In this document: in pieces, positions 20,672-31,868 of the stretch
How positions within the stretch are numbered: the first letter of the stretch is position 1
Layout: each line of letters opens with the position of its first letter
Assembly (NCBI GenBank): GCA_965227295.1
Contig: OZ245742.1
Coordinates: 3,264,001 to 3,328,000, forward strand
Reading direction: 5' to 3'
Source: Leptonemataceae bacterium
GTDB taxonomy: Bacteria; Spirochaetota; Leptospiria; Leptospirales; Leptonemataceae
Length of the DNA stretch: 64,000 bases
Notes under the pieces: generated by a model
What the model saw: the letters and a program-made list of their open reading frames with translations, nothing else
What the model was told of the DNA's origin: nothing
The model's database searches: none
Position numbers and translations under genes: made by a program

Positions 20672-20821
20672 GCGCAGGCGGATTTACTGCGCTTTTTCAT
20701 TTGATATTACGGGACGGGGGACATTTTATAGTTTTCAGGAGTCCTGAGTGTCCTACGGCTATTGGGGGGCCGATAATTCAGGTATCGGGGCGCGAGCGCC
20801 GAACCGCGACAGGCTGTATTT

Positions 20822-22036
20822 ATGGCGTTTCAGATGATCCAATACAAGGCGGGCTCGTATGTCATCATCGAGGGCAAGCGGGACGTCAATAAGTTCTACA
20901 TCATCATCCAGGGCAAGGTACGCACTCAGAAGACGACTCCCGTGGTCGGGGAAGATTCTTCCATTACGCTGGGACCCGGCGACTTCTTCGGCGTGGAAAG
21001 CGCCATGTCCAATCACAGCCGCATTGAAACGGTCATCTGCGTCAGCGACTGCAACCTCATTGAGGTTCCCAACGATCAGTTCGGTCTCTTAATTCAAAAA
21101 AACGCGCCGGTGGCCATGAAGATCATCCGCTCGTTCTCCATGAAGCTGCGCAGCTTCGATAACACCATTGCCCGGTTGTCGTTTCGCAACGCCGTCGAAG
21201 AGGACCCGTCGCATCTTTTCGATCTGGGCGAGTTCTGGTTTAAGGAGCAGCGCTTTCATCATGCCGCGTACGCCTACCAGCGATACATGCAGTGGGTGCC
21301 GAAGGGCGACAAAATCTCTCAGGCGAAGATGCGCTTGCAGGCCATGAACAAACCGCTGAAGGCCCCGCCGGTGGCCGAGGCGAACATCAACCGTCATCAT
21401 AAAACCGACGACATGGTCTTCTGTGAAAACGAGCCCGGCTACGAACTCTACATCATCCAGGGCGGTCGGGTTAAGATCACCAAGATGCTCGACGGCCAGG
21501 AAGTGATGCTCGCGGTCCTGCAACCGGGAGACATCTTCGGCGAAATGGCCATCCTCGACAACAAGCCGCGGTCCGCCACGGCCATCGTTGCGGAGGATGC
21601 TTCGCTGCTTGCCATCAACAAGGCGAACTTCGAGTCCATGGTAAAGGCCCAGCCCCAGCTCGCCACGAAATTGATTACCCTGTTATCCGAACGCATCTGG
21701 ATGGCCTATCGTCAGCTCGCGAACCTCATGATCTCCGATCCCGTGGGCCGGCTCTACGATACGCTGCTCACCCTGGCGGAGAAGAACCACGTGCGCATCG
21801 CGGCGCGGGCCTCGTACAACTTCGACATCGGCGGCAAAGATCTTTTGAAGATGGTCGGCTTCGATCCGCAGAAGGACGAGAACCTCCTTATGGATCTGCT
21901 CAAGAACCGCTGGCTCAAACTGGACGAGGGCAAAATGATTTGCCTCGACTTGCAAGAGCTGGAAAAACAGGTTGCTTTTTTCAAGAAAAAGGCGGCCATG
22001 GAAAGGAAGCGGGAGAAAGCGGCCGCCGTCAAATAA
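20822..22036 (+). CDS. Crp/Fnr-family protein with two cNMP-binding domains
   Basis: LGPGDFFGVESAM...RIET and LQPGDIFGEMAILDNKPRSATA, separated by a TPR-like helix pair. Confidence 0.88.
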   Translation: MAFQMIQYKAGSYVIIEGKRDVNKFYIIIQGKVRTQKTTPVVGEDSSITLGPGDFFGVESAMSNHSRIETVICVSDCNLIEVPNDQFGLLIQKNAPVAMKIIRSFSMKLRSFDNTIARLSFRNAVEEDPSHLFDLGEFWFKEQRFHHAAYAYQRYMQWVPKGDKISQAKMRLQAMNKPLKAPPVAEANINRHHKTDDMVFCENEPGYELYIIQGGRVKITKMLDGQEVMLAVLQPGDIFGEMAILDNKPRSATAIVAEDASLLAINKANFESMVKAQPQLATKLITLLSERIWMAYRQLANLMISDPVGRLYDTLLTLAEKNHVRIAARASYNFDIGGKDLLKMVGFDPQKDENLLMDLLKNRWLKLDEGKMICLDLQELEKQVAFFKKKAAMERKREKAAAVK

Positions 22037-22106
22037 GCCGGTTCACATCGCACTTTCATCACACTGCGCAGCGTTTACCGGCGGCACCCTCCCGTCGGAT
22101 TAACGC

Positions 22107-24113
22107 ATGACTCAAAACTCTCCGTCAGATCATCCCGCCAACTCCGCGCCGGATGACTCTTCCATCGACGTCTCCTCTCTCTTCGAGGACTTCGCCCCGG
22201 TCTCTTCCGCCGATTGGGAGGCGAAGATCCGCAAGGACATGAAGTTCGACGACGCGGCCTACCAGAAGAAGATGTTCTGGTCCACCGCCGAGGGCGTTAC
22301 GGTGCAGCCTTTTTATCGTAAGGAAGATCTGCAACGGGTTGCCCATCCCCTGGACGCCCGGCCCGGGGCCCTGCCGTTTCTGCGCGGCGCGAAACCGGCC
22401 GGGAACGATTGGAACGTCCGCCACGACGTGGACGACCGCGATCCGAAGGCCGCCAATCGGCGTGCATTGCAATCGCTGGAAAACTCCGTCGACGAGGTCG
22501 CCTTTGTAGTACAACCGCGCGGCAATGCCCTCTACGGTGTGGACCTGCGGGACGGTGCCTCCGCCATGCAAACCCTGCTCGATGGTGTCTGGCTCGACGC
22601 GGTGCCGGTGCATTTTTATGCGGGGGCCGCAGCGCCGGCTGTGCTGGAACTCTACGCGGAAGAAATACAGCGCCGGGGTCTCGATCGAGCCCGGGCCGCG
22701 GGTTCGGTGGACTTCGATCCCGTTGGTGATTTCGCGCGCGAAGGCCGACTCGATCAAGAGCAAACCTTCGCCGCGGCGAGTGAGCTGCTGAAAACCACGG
22801 CGCAACAGTTGCCGGGCTTTCGTTGTCTCGGCGTGAGTGATGCTGTGTATCACAACGCCGGCGCGGGCATCGCCCTGTCCAGCGCCTGCGCCCTGGCTGC
22901 CGGCAGTGAGATGCTCACGCAACTCCGGGATACCGGTCACTCCACCGATGAGATCTGTGCGCGTTTGCACTTTGATCTGTCTGTCGGCGCGAACTACTTT
23001 TTCGAGATAGCGCGACTGCGCATGTTTCGTTTTCTCTGGGCCCGCATTGTCCGTGAGTATGCTCCGGCGGATGCGGATCACGCGGCCCGGGCCCACGTGC
23101 ATGCCCGGACCTCGCGGTGGAATCTTACGCTCTACGATCCCTACGTCAACATGCTGCGCTCCACTACGGAAGCGATGTCGGCCGTCCTCGGTTCGTGCGA
23201 TAGTTTCAGCGGCCTGCCGTTCGACGAGGCCTACGAGGCGGGCACGGAGTTTGCCGAACGCGTGGCCCGCAACACCCAGCACCTACTGAAACACGAAGCT
23301 CACCTGGACAAGGTCGCGGACCCCGCCGCCGGTTCGTACTATATCGAATCGCTGACGGACTCCCTGGCCCGGGAGACCTGGGCCATCTTTCAGAAGATCG
23401 AAGCAGAGGGCGGCATGCTCGCGGCTTTGACGAACGGCCATGTGCAACAGCAGATCGAGGCGGCGGCCGGAGCCAAACACGCGGCCGCCGCGGCCCGCAA
23501 ACTCATCCTGCTCGGAACGAACCAGTATCCGAATCGCGAAGAGGCCATGAGCAAAAAACTCGCGCGACCGGAGCCGATGCCCCTGGAGGCCGGGCGTGAC
23601 CTCGGCGTTACGAAGGTGCGCGGAAACGCTAATATTCAGTGTACCAAACTTAATGAATTTCGCGGGGCGGAACCGTTCGAGGAGTTGCGTCTCGCGACGG
23701 AGAGCTACACGGCCAGCGGCGGTACCGTGCCGAAGGTCTACCTGTTGCAGTTCGGGGATCTTGCCATGCGTAAGGCCCGGGCAAACTTTGCGGCGAACTT
23801 CTTCGGCTGTGCCGGGTACGAAGTCATCGATGAAAAGGGCGTGGACGATGCCGAAGAGGGCGGGCGCGCCGCCGCCCGCAGCGGGGCCCACATCGTCGTT
23901 CTGTGCTCGTCGGATGAGGAATACGCAAGCCTGGGCAAGGCGGTCATTGGGGCGATCGAATCCACCGGCCTCAAGCAGCATGTCGTGGTGGCCGGGTTTC
24001 CGAAAGACGTCGTCGACGAACTGAAAGCCGCCGGCGCGCAGGACTTCATTCACATGAAGGCGAACGTGCTGGAAGTATTGACGAACTTTCAGAAGGCGTT
24101 TGGGATCATGTGA
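22107..24113 (+). CDS. mutA: Methylmalonyl-CoA mutase small subunit
   Basis: YFFEIARLR, DPYVNMLRSTTEAMSA, ARNTQHLLKHE, DPAAGSYYIESLT, LCSSDEEY; no DxHxxG motif. Confidence 0.9.
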   Translation: MTQNSPSDHPANSAPDDSSIDVSSLFEDFAPVSSADWEAKIRKDMKFDDAAYQKKMFWSTAEGVTVQPFYRKEDLQRVAHPLDARPGALPFLRGAKPAGNDWNVRHDVDDRDPKAANRRALQSLENSVDEVAFVVQPRGNALYGVDLRDGASAMQTLLDGVWLDAVPVHFYAGAAAPAVLELYAEEIQRRGLDRARAAGSVDFDPVGDFAREGRLDQEQTFAAASELLKTTAQQLPGFRCLGVSDAVYHNAGAGIALSSACALAAGSEMLTQLRDTGHSTDEICARLHFDLSVGANYFFEIARLRMFRFLWARIVREYAPADADHAARAHVHARTSRWNLTLYDPYVNMLRSTTEAMSAVLGSCDSFSGLPFDEAYEAGTEFAERVARNTQHLLKHEAHLDKVADPAAGSYYIESLTDSLARETWAIFQKIEAEGGMLAALTNGHVQQQIEAAAGAKHAAAAARKLILLGTNQYPNREEAMSKKLARPEPMPLEAGRDLGVTKVRGNANIQCTKLNEFRGAEPFEELRLATESYTASGGTVPKVYLLQFGDLAMRKARANFAANFFGCAGYEVIDEKGVDDAEEGGRAAARSGAHIVVLCSSDEEYASLGKAVIGAIESTGLKQHVVVAGFPKDVVDELKAAGAQDFIHMKANVLEVLTNFQKAFGIM

Positions 24114-24136
24114 ACTCCGAGGACCGAGGGGCGGAG
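24114..24136. repeat. Single unpaired REP-like arm
   Basis: ACTCCGAGGACCGAGGGGCGGAG immediately after the mutA stop. Confidence 0.7.
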
Positions 24137-24170
24137 CCCTTGCAAATCTTACAATACACGACTGGAATTT

Positions 24171-26335
<2,165 letters not shown>

Positions 26336-26339
<4 letters not shown>

Positions 26340-27355
26340 GCGCGCCGTTGCAGGGAGAGCGCAGATTGAGCCGCAGGTCGTTCACCGCCGACGAGTACTG
26401 CGAGGCGTTGCGCGCGGGAGATCGCGTGATGCTCAGCCGTGCCATCACCCTGGCCGAAAGTTCCCGGGACGACCATCGACTGCTGGCCGAAGAAATCATC
26501 GAACGTCTGTTGCCGCATACCGGCAACTCGCTGCGCGTGGGCATTACCGGCGTTCCCGGCGTCGGTAAATCCACGTTCATCGAAAGTTTCGGTAAGTTTG
26601 TATTAGAGCAGGGCCGGCGTCTGGCCGTGCTCGCCGTGGACCCGTCGTCCTCGCGGACCCACGGCAGTATTCTGGGTGATAAGACGCGCATGGTCGAACT
26701 TTCCCGCGACGAGCGCGCGTTCATTCGACCGTCGCCCTCCGCCGGCAGCCTCGGCGGCGTGGCGCGCAAGACTCGCGAAAGTATTCTCTTGTGCGAGGCG
26801 GCGGGATTTGATACGATCTTCGTGGAAACCGTCGGCGTCGGCCAGTCCGAGATTGCGGTCCGCCGCATGGTGGATTTCTTTTTGCTGTTGATGCTGGCGG
26901 GAGCCGGGGACGAACTCCAGGGAATCAAGCGCGGCATTATGGAAATGGCCGATCTCATCGCCATCAACAAGGCCGACGGCGACAACGAAAAGGCGGCGAA
27001 GCGCGCTCGGGGCGAGTACCGCTCGGCGTTGCATTTGTTTCCGCTCGCCGCGGACGGCTGGTCTCCGAAAGTGCTGACGTGTTCCGCACAGGAACGCACC
27101 GGCCTGGACGACATCTGGGCGACGATCGAGAAACACCACGAGCACATGTCGGCCGGCGGCCACTTTACCGAACGACGCCGGGAGCAGGCGCAGTACTGGA
27201 TGTACGAGTCCATCGACGAGACGATTCGCCGTAAGTTTTACGAAAGTGATGTTATCAAACAGGCGCTGCCGGGCATGGAACGGGAGGTTCTCGAGGGAAA
27301 GCAGAACTCCTTCACGGCCGCGCGCCGGTTGATTGAAATGTATGAGGAAAGATAG
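26336..27355 (+). CDS. meaB: Methylmalonyl-CoA mutase-associated GTPase MeaB
   Basis: [37 protein letters not shown]; 4-nt overlap with the mutase gene. Confidence 0.95.
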
Positions 27356-27378
27356 ACTCCGAGGACCGAGGGGCCGAG
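27356..27378. repeat. Single unpaired REP-like arm
   Basis: ACTCCGAGGACCGAGGGGCCGAG immediately after the meaB stop, followed by a T run. Confidence 0.75.
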
Positions 27379-27455
27379 TTTTTTTTGTGGAGGCGGCCGT
27401 ACGTGGAACACGCTCAAGCTATGATTGCTTCGAGCCGTAGCACGTGCGCAACTAT

Positions 27456-28169
27456 ATGAAAGACGTAAGTGCGAACACAGAAGCCAAACGTGCCGCGGGC
27501 ATTGCTGCCGCGGGCCTTGTCGACGATATGCAAACCGTCGGCCTCGGCACCGGTTCCACGGCGGCCTTTGCCATCGCCGAACTGGGTCGCCGCGTGCGTG
27601 AGGACAACCTGCGCATTGAATGCGTGGCCACCTCGTTTTCTTCCCAGCGCCTCGCCATCGAAGCCGGCCTGTCGATCGTGCCCATCGACGCCTGCTCGAA
27701 GCTGAACCTGTCGATCGACGGCGCCGACGAGATCGATCCCGGCCTGCACCTGATCAAAGGCGGTGGGGCCGCGCATACGCTGGAAAAACTCGTGCACGCC
27801 ATGTCGGACCGTTTCGTTTGCGTGGCCGACCCGTCCAAGATCGTGGACGTCCTGGGTGCGAAATTCGCGGTGCCGGTGGAGATCCTGCCGCAGTCCCTGG
27901 GTTTCGTTGAGCGTAAGTTAAACGAACTGGGCGCCGTCGAGGTGAGCCTGCGCATGGCCATGCGTAAGGACGGTCCCGTCATCACGGACAGCGGGAACCT
28001 GGTGCTCGACGCGCGTTTCCCGAAGATCGATCAGCCCATCGCCCTCGAAGACGCCATCACGACGATCCCCGGAGTTCTGGAAAACGGCATCTTCGGCCAC
28101 GTCCGGCCGCGACCGGGGGACTGCATCATCGGCGACCCCGACGCCCCGGGCGGCCTGCGGAAGTTGTAG
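27456..28169 (+). CDS. rpiA: Ribose-5-phosphate isomerase A
   Basis: GLGTGSTA, DGADE, IKGGGAA, GPVITDSGN. Confidence 0.95.
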   Translation: MKDVSANTEAKRAAGIAAAGLVDDMQTVGLGTGSTAAFAIAELGRRVREDNLRIECVATSFSSQRLAIEAGLSIVPIDACSKLNLSIDGADEIDPGLHLIKGGGAAHTLEKLVHAMSDRFVCVADPSKIVDVLGAKFAVPVEILPQSLGFVERKLNELGAVEVSLRMAMRKDGPVITDSGNLVLDARFPKIDQPIALEDAITTIPGVLENGIFGHVRPRPGDCIIGDPDAPGGLRKL

Positions 28170-28180
28170 GATCATTTCCA

Positions 28181-28298
28181 ACTCCGAGGTCCGAGGTCCG
28201 AGGTACCGAGATCAAAGAATCGCGATTTGGCTTAGCCTGCGAATCTTCGGGTTATGATCGCCCTTGATTCATCGCCTCGGTAACTCGGTCCTCGGAGT
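28181..28298. repeat. REP/REPIN-like inverted-repeat element, copy 4 (left arm has an extra CCGAG unit)
   Basis: ACTCCGAGGTCCGAGGTCCGAGGTACCGAG (28181-28210) ... CTCGGTAACTCGGTCCTCGGAGT (28276-28298). Confidence 0.85.
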
Positions 28299-28337
28299 TA
28301 GAAACTGTTGACATGAAGCGCGCGGCATAGAACCACC

Positions 28338-28838
28338 ATGCTCATGCATCGCTATCGCACGTTGCTGGACTGGAAACGCGAAGAAGCGCCGCCTCCGGAC
28401 TTTGAGCATTTCGTTCGTTTCTCCGGCGGGGACCGCATCGGCGTGACGGCCCCCCACGACGGTTCGCCTGTCTCCGGAGACGAAGAGCACGACTTTTCCA
28501 CCGGCCACGTGTCGCCCGTGGAGCTGCTGGTGTCGTCCATTGCGTCGGCGCAGATGCTCGCTTACCTGCGGCTGTGCGAGCGAAATCATATGAACGTTCT
28601 CGCATACCGCGACGACGCCGTGGCCGAGATGCCGGACGGAAACGGCAGGCCGTTCGCGGGGATCGAGCGCCTGCACGTGATTCTGCGCCCGCGCATCGTC
28701 TTCGAGGCCGCCGAATCCCAGGTGCGCCGGGCCATGGCCATCCGGCTCTTAAACGAAGCTCTGGTGAAGTTAGCGATCTACGACGCCTCGCGGATCAGCA
28801 TCGAACTGAAACCCGTCTTTGAATTCGCGGGAGACTGA
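28338..28838 (+). CDS. OsmC-like protein, apparently lacking the canonical cysteines
   Basis: SPVELLVSSIASAQMLAYL (family motif PEELLxAALxSCH, with Cys replaced) ... YRDDA ... ILRPRIVF. Confidence 0.65.
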   Translation: MLMHRYRTLLDWKREEAPPPDFEHFVRFSGGDRIGVTAPHDGSPVSGDEEHDFSTGHVSPVELLVSSIASAQMLAYLRLCERNHMNVLAYRDDAVAEMPDGNGRPFAGIERLHVILRPRIVFEAAESQVRRAMAIRLLNEALVKLAIYDASRISIELKPVFEFAGD

Positions 28839-28846
28839 GCAGTTAC

Positions 28847-29416
28847 TCACTGCGTCGGATCGAGGCGCAATAACTCCGTTTCCAGAAAATCGATGTAGCG
28901 TTCCTCGCCGGTCATGACGTAAATCTGTACCGCGCCTTCGAACATCACGATCATTCGTTCCGCGGTGCGTCGCGGATCGCGGTCTCCCAGGCCGCGGACG
29001 TAGCGTGCCAGGAGTCGCCGCCACATGTGAATCGATCGAGCGACGTCCGGTAGAAAGTCCGCGCGTTGGACGTGCGTCTGATTCACGAAGTTGGCGAATG
29101 GACAGCCCCGGTAGATCCGGGCCCGGACCTGGCGCCGCACGAGTTTGATCCAGCCGGTTACGAAGTCCGGGTAGCGCGGATACTTTTTGATGAGCCCCAG
29201 ATACAGCAGGAGCGCGCCCCGCCGCCGGCTGCGTACGTAGTCGAGGCCGAGGTCCGTCTTGCTTTCGAAGTGTGTGTAGAAGGTCTTCTTATACGTGTTC
29301 GACTCTTCTAATATTTGATTGATGCCGGTAGAGGCGTAGCCCTGGCGATAGAAGAGCAGGGCCGCCGCCTCCGTCAGGCGCTCCCGGGCTGTGATGTTGT
29401 CCTCGTTTTTTCCCAC
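28847..29416 (-). CDS. TetR/AcrR family regulator (NemR-like)
   Basis: ARERLTEAAALLFYRQGYASTGINQILEESNTYKKTFYTHFESK; GCPFAN. Confidence 0.88.
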   Translation of the reverse strand: MGKNEDNITARERLTEAAALLFYRQGYASTGINQILEESNTYKKTFYTHFESKTDLGLDYVRSRRRGALLLYLGLIKKYPRYPDFVTGWIKLVRRQVRARIYRGCPFANFVNQTHVQRADFLPDVARSIHMWRRLLARYVRGLGDRDPRRTAERMIVMFEGAVQIYVMTGEERYIDFLETELLRLDPTQ

Positions 29417-29433
29417 AGAGACAGAAAATGCAG

Positions 29434-29494
29434 GTGGACAGGTTTGTCTACTCCTGATTGCATCGCCAACAGCCGGGTAGACAAATCGGTTCAC
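29434..29494. promoter_or_regulatory. Two inverted 18-bp TetR-type operator sites in the divergent promoter
   Basis: GTGGACAGGTTTGTCTAC (29434-29451) and GTAGACAAATCGGTTCAC (29477-29494); the reverse complement of the second matches the first at 15/18 positions. Confidence 0.6.
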
Positions 29495-29511
29495 CCGCGT
29501 GGAGGCTCGTG

Positions 29512-30546
29512 ATGCAGCAATTATATCTCACCGGAAAACGGCGCATGGAGTGGCGGGAGATTCCCGATGCCGCCCTTGAGGCGAGTACGGACGCGGTGGT
29601 CCGTCCGCTGGCCATTGCTCGTTGTGACCTGGAGCCCACGATGATTGAGCGCGGCTTCATGATCTCGCGCCCGCCGATTCCGCTCGGTCACGAGTTCACC
29701 GGGGTCGTCGTCGAGGTGGGGCCGGACGTGCAATCGTTTCGCCCTGGCGACCGGATTGTCGCGCCGTTCGAGATTTCGTGCGGCGACTGCCGGCCGTGTC
29801 GCAAGGGTCGTTCCGCCGGATGTGAGAGCCTGGGCAAACACGCGGTGTACGGTCTCGGCCGGGGCCAACACTTCGCCGCCGGTGCTCTGGCGAATCGCAT
29901 TCGCGTGCCCTTCGCGGATCACATGTTGCTCGCGTTGCCGGATAGCGTCGACCCGGTGCATGCCGCTTCGCTTTCGGATAACGTCGTCGAGGGCTGGCGC
30001 GCCGTGGGCCCGGAGCTCTCCGCGGATCGGGATCAGTCCGTGCTGATCATCGGCGGCGGGGCACGCAGCGTCGGCCTGTACACGGCGGCGACTGCCGTAG
30101 CTCTCGGCGCCGCGGAGGTCGTCTACGTTGACCATGATCGCAGCCGCCTGGAGATCGGCGAACGCCTGGGTGTCAGCGTGCGCGAGGGCGGGCCGGATTG
30201 GCCGGAGAGCCTGGGCAGCTTCGATCTTGTTTCGGATTCCGGCGGAACTCCGGAGAGTCTGGACTGTGCCGTGCACTCCACGGCCTCCGGCGGCACGCTG
30301 ACTTCGCCGACGGTGTTCATGAGCAATAACGCTAAGTTCCCCCTGGCGTCGGTTTACGATCGCTCGTTGACGTTTCGCACGGGTTTCGTGCAATCCCGGG
30401 ACATGTTGCCGCCGGCCCTGGAGTTGATCGCGTCGGGGAAATACGATCCGGCGTTGATTACTACGCTCGTCGTGGACTTCGACGATGCGAAAGAGGCCTG
30501 GGCCGAGGATACGACGAAGGTCATTGCGCGCGGGCCGGCGGGGTGA
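29512..30546 (+). CDS. Zinc-dependent medium-chain alcohol dehydrogenase
   Basis: LGHEFTG, CGDCRPC...C structural zinc site, GGAGG RBS at 29501. Confidence 0.88.
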   Translation: MQQLYLTGKRRMEWREIPDAALEASTDAVVRPLAIARCDLEPTMIERGFMISRPPIPLGHEFTGVVVEVGPDVQSFRPGDRIVAPFEISCGDCRPCRKGRSAGCESLGKHAVYGLGRGQHFAAGALANRIRVPFADHMLLALPDSVDPVHAASLSDNVVEGWRAVGPELSADRDQSVLIIGGGARSVGLYTAATAVALGAAEVVYVDHDRSRLEIGERLGVSVREGGPDWPESLGSFDLVSDSGGTPESLDCAVHSTASGGTLTSPTVFMSNNAKFPLASVYDRSLTFRTGFVQSRDMLPPALELIASGKYDPALITTLVVDFDDAKEAWAEDTTKVIARGPAG

Positions 30547-30604
30547 TTCGAAGCAGTTTTCCGTTTGACGCCGCGGTTCGCGGCACAATCGTTACTGGAT
30601 TGCC

Positions 30605-31741
30605 ATGCAGTCCTTCGACTCGCTCAAAACCATCTACATCGACCGCGGGCTGACCGCCGCCGGCGAAAATCCCATCGTGCGCAACATCACCGAGCGCGCG
30701 CCGGCCCACGTGCGCCTGGAGTTCGTGGACGAGCCGCGAGAAATTCTCGATCGTTACGTCCACGGTGGCGGGGATATGAGCACGAAAGAAGACCTGCTCG
30801 TGTATCGATTCCCCGGCAAGTTCCTGTCGACGTGCCCCGGTTCCGACGGCATGGTCTGCTGCGCCTACTACGTCATCAACTTCGGCCTGGGCTGCCTCTA
30901 CGACTGCCACTACTGCTATCTGCAAAGTTTCCTGAATAATCCCTTAATGACACTTTTCGGAAACTTAGACGATCTCTTTGCCGAACTGGACCAGCGGACC
31001 CGGGGCAAGAACTTCCAGTTTCGCATCGGCACCGGCGAGTACACGGACTCCCTGGCGCTGGAACCGCTCACGGGCCTGTCCTCGGAACTGGTGCAATACT
31101 TTGCGCGGCATCCCAACGCCGTGCTCGAACTCAAGACGAAGTCGAGTAACGTGGACGATCTTTTGGGCCTGGATCATCGCGGGCGCACGGTGGTGTCCTG
31201 GTCGCTGAACCCGCCGCCGGTCATCGAGGCCATCGAGCCCGGGACGGCCACGCTCGACGAGCGCCTGGCCGCGGCACGCAAGGTCCAGGAGGCGGGCTAT
31301 CGTCTCGCCTTTCATCTGGACCCGCTCATCTACTTCGAAAACTGGGAGCGCGAGTACCACGATCTCATCGATCGTGTCTTCGACACCGTCGACCCGGACC
31401 ACGTCGCCTGGATTTCCACCGGCAGCTTTCGTTATACGAACGATCTGCGCGAAACGATTCAGGCCCGCTTTCCGGAGGACCGGTTGACCCGCGAGGGCGA
31501 GATGATCGCCGGGCCGGACGGCAAGCATCGTTACTTCAAGACCATCCGCGAGGACATGTTTCGTTCCATCAAAGCGAAGATCGAGTCCGTGGATCCGAAG
31601 TTGTTTTTGTACCTGTGCATGGAGACACAGCGCATGTGGCGCAAGGTCTACGGCACGGTTCCGGAATCCGGGAAGAACCTGGACGCGCAGTTCGAAGCGC
31701 GACGGCGATTCATTGATGAGGCGATTGCCGCGAAGGTTTGA
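30605..31741 (+). CDS. Spore-photoproduct-lyase-family radical SAM protein
   Basis: GCLYDCHYCYLQ (CxxxCxxC), RIGTGEYTDSL, LELKTKS, SWSLNP, LYLCME. Confidence 0.85.
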   Translation: MQSFDSLKTIYIDRGLTAAGENPIVRNITERAPAHVRLEFVDEPREILDRYVHGGGDMSTKEDLLVYRFPGKFLSTCPGSDGMVCCAYYVINFGLGCLYDCHYCYLQSFLNNPLMTLFGNLDDLFAELDQRTRGKNFQFRIGTGEYTDSLALEPLTGLSSELVQYFARHPNAVLELKTKSSNVDDLLGLDHRGRTVVSWSLNPPPVIEAIEPGTATLDERLAAARKVQEAGYRLAFHLDPLIYFENWEREYHDLIDRVFDTVDPDHVAWISTGSFRYTNDLRETIQARFPEDRLTREGEMIAGPDGKHRYFKTIREDMFRSIKAKIESVDPKLFLYLCMETQRMWRKVYGTVPESGKNLDAQFEARRRFIDEAIAAKV

Positions 31742-31750
31742 AGAAGACAA

Positions 31751-31862
31751 ACTCCGAGGAGCGAGGGGCCGAGTTTTTTTGGGGAGAGTGGCTGTGGGCG
31801 GAGCGCGGTCGGGCATAAGCTTGCCCTCAATTCTTTATTCTCGGTACCTCGGTCCTCGGAGT
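31751..31862. repeat. REP/REPIN-like inverted-repeat element, copy 5
   Basis: ACTCCGAGGAGCGAGGGGCCGAG (31751-31773) ... CTCGGTACCTCGGTCCTCGGAGT (31840-31862); lies between convergent genes. Confidence 0.85.
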
Positions 31863-31868
31863 CAATCC

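Noticed and set aside
22037..22106. Cobalamin riboswitch upstream of the mutase operon
   Set aside because: The intergenic gap is only 70 nt and no B12-box is recognisable
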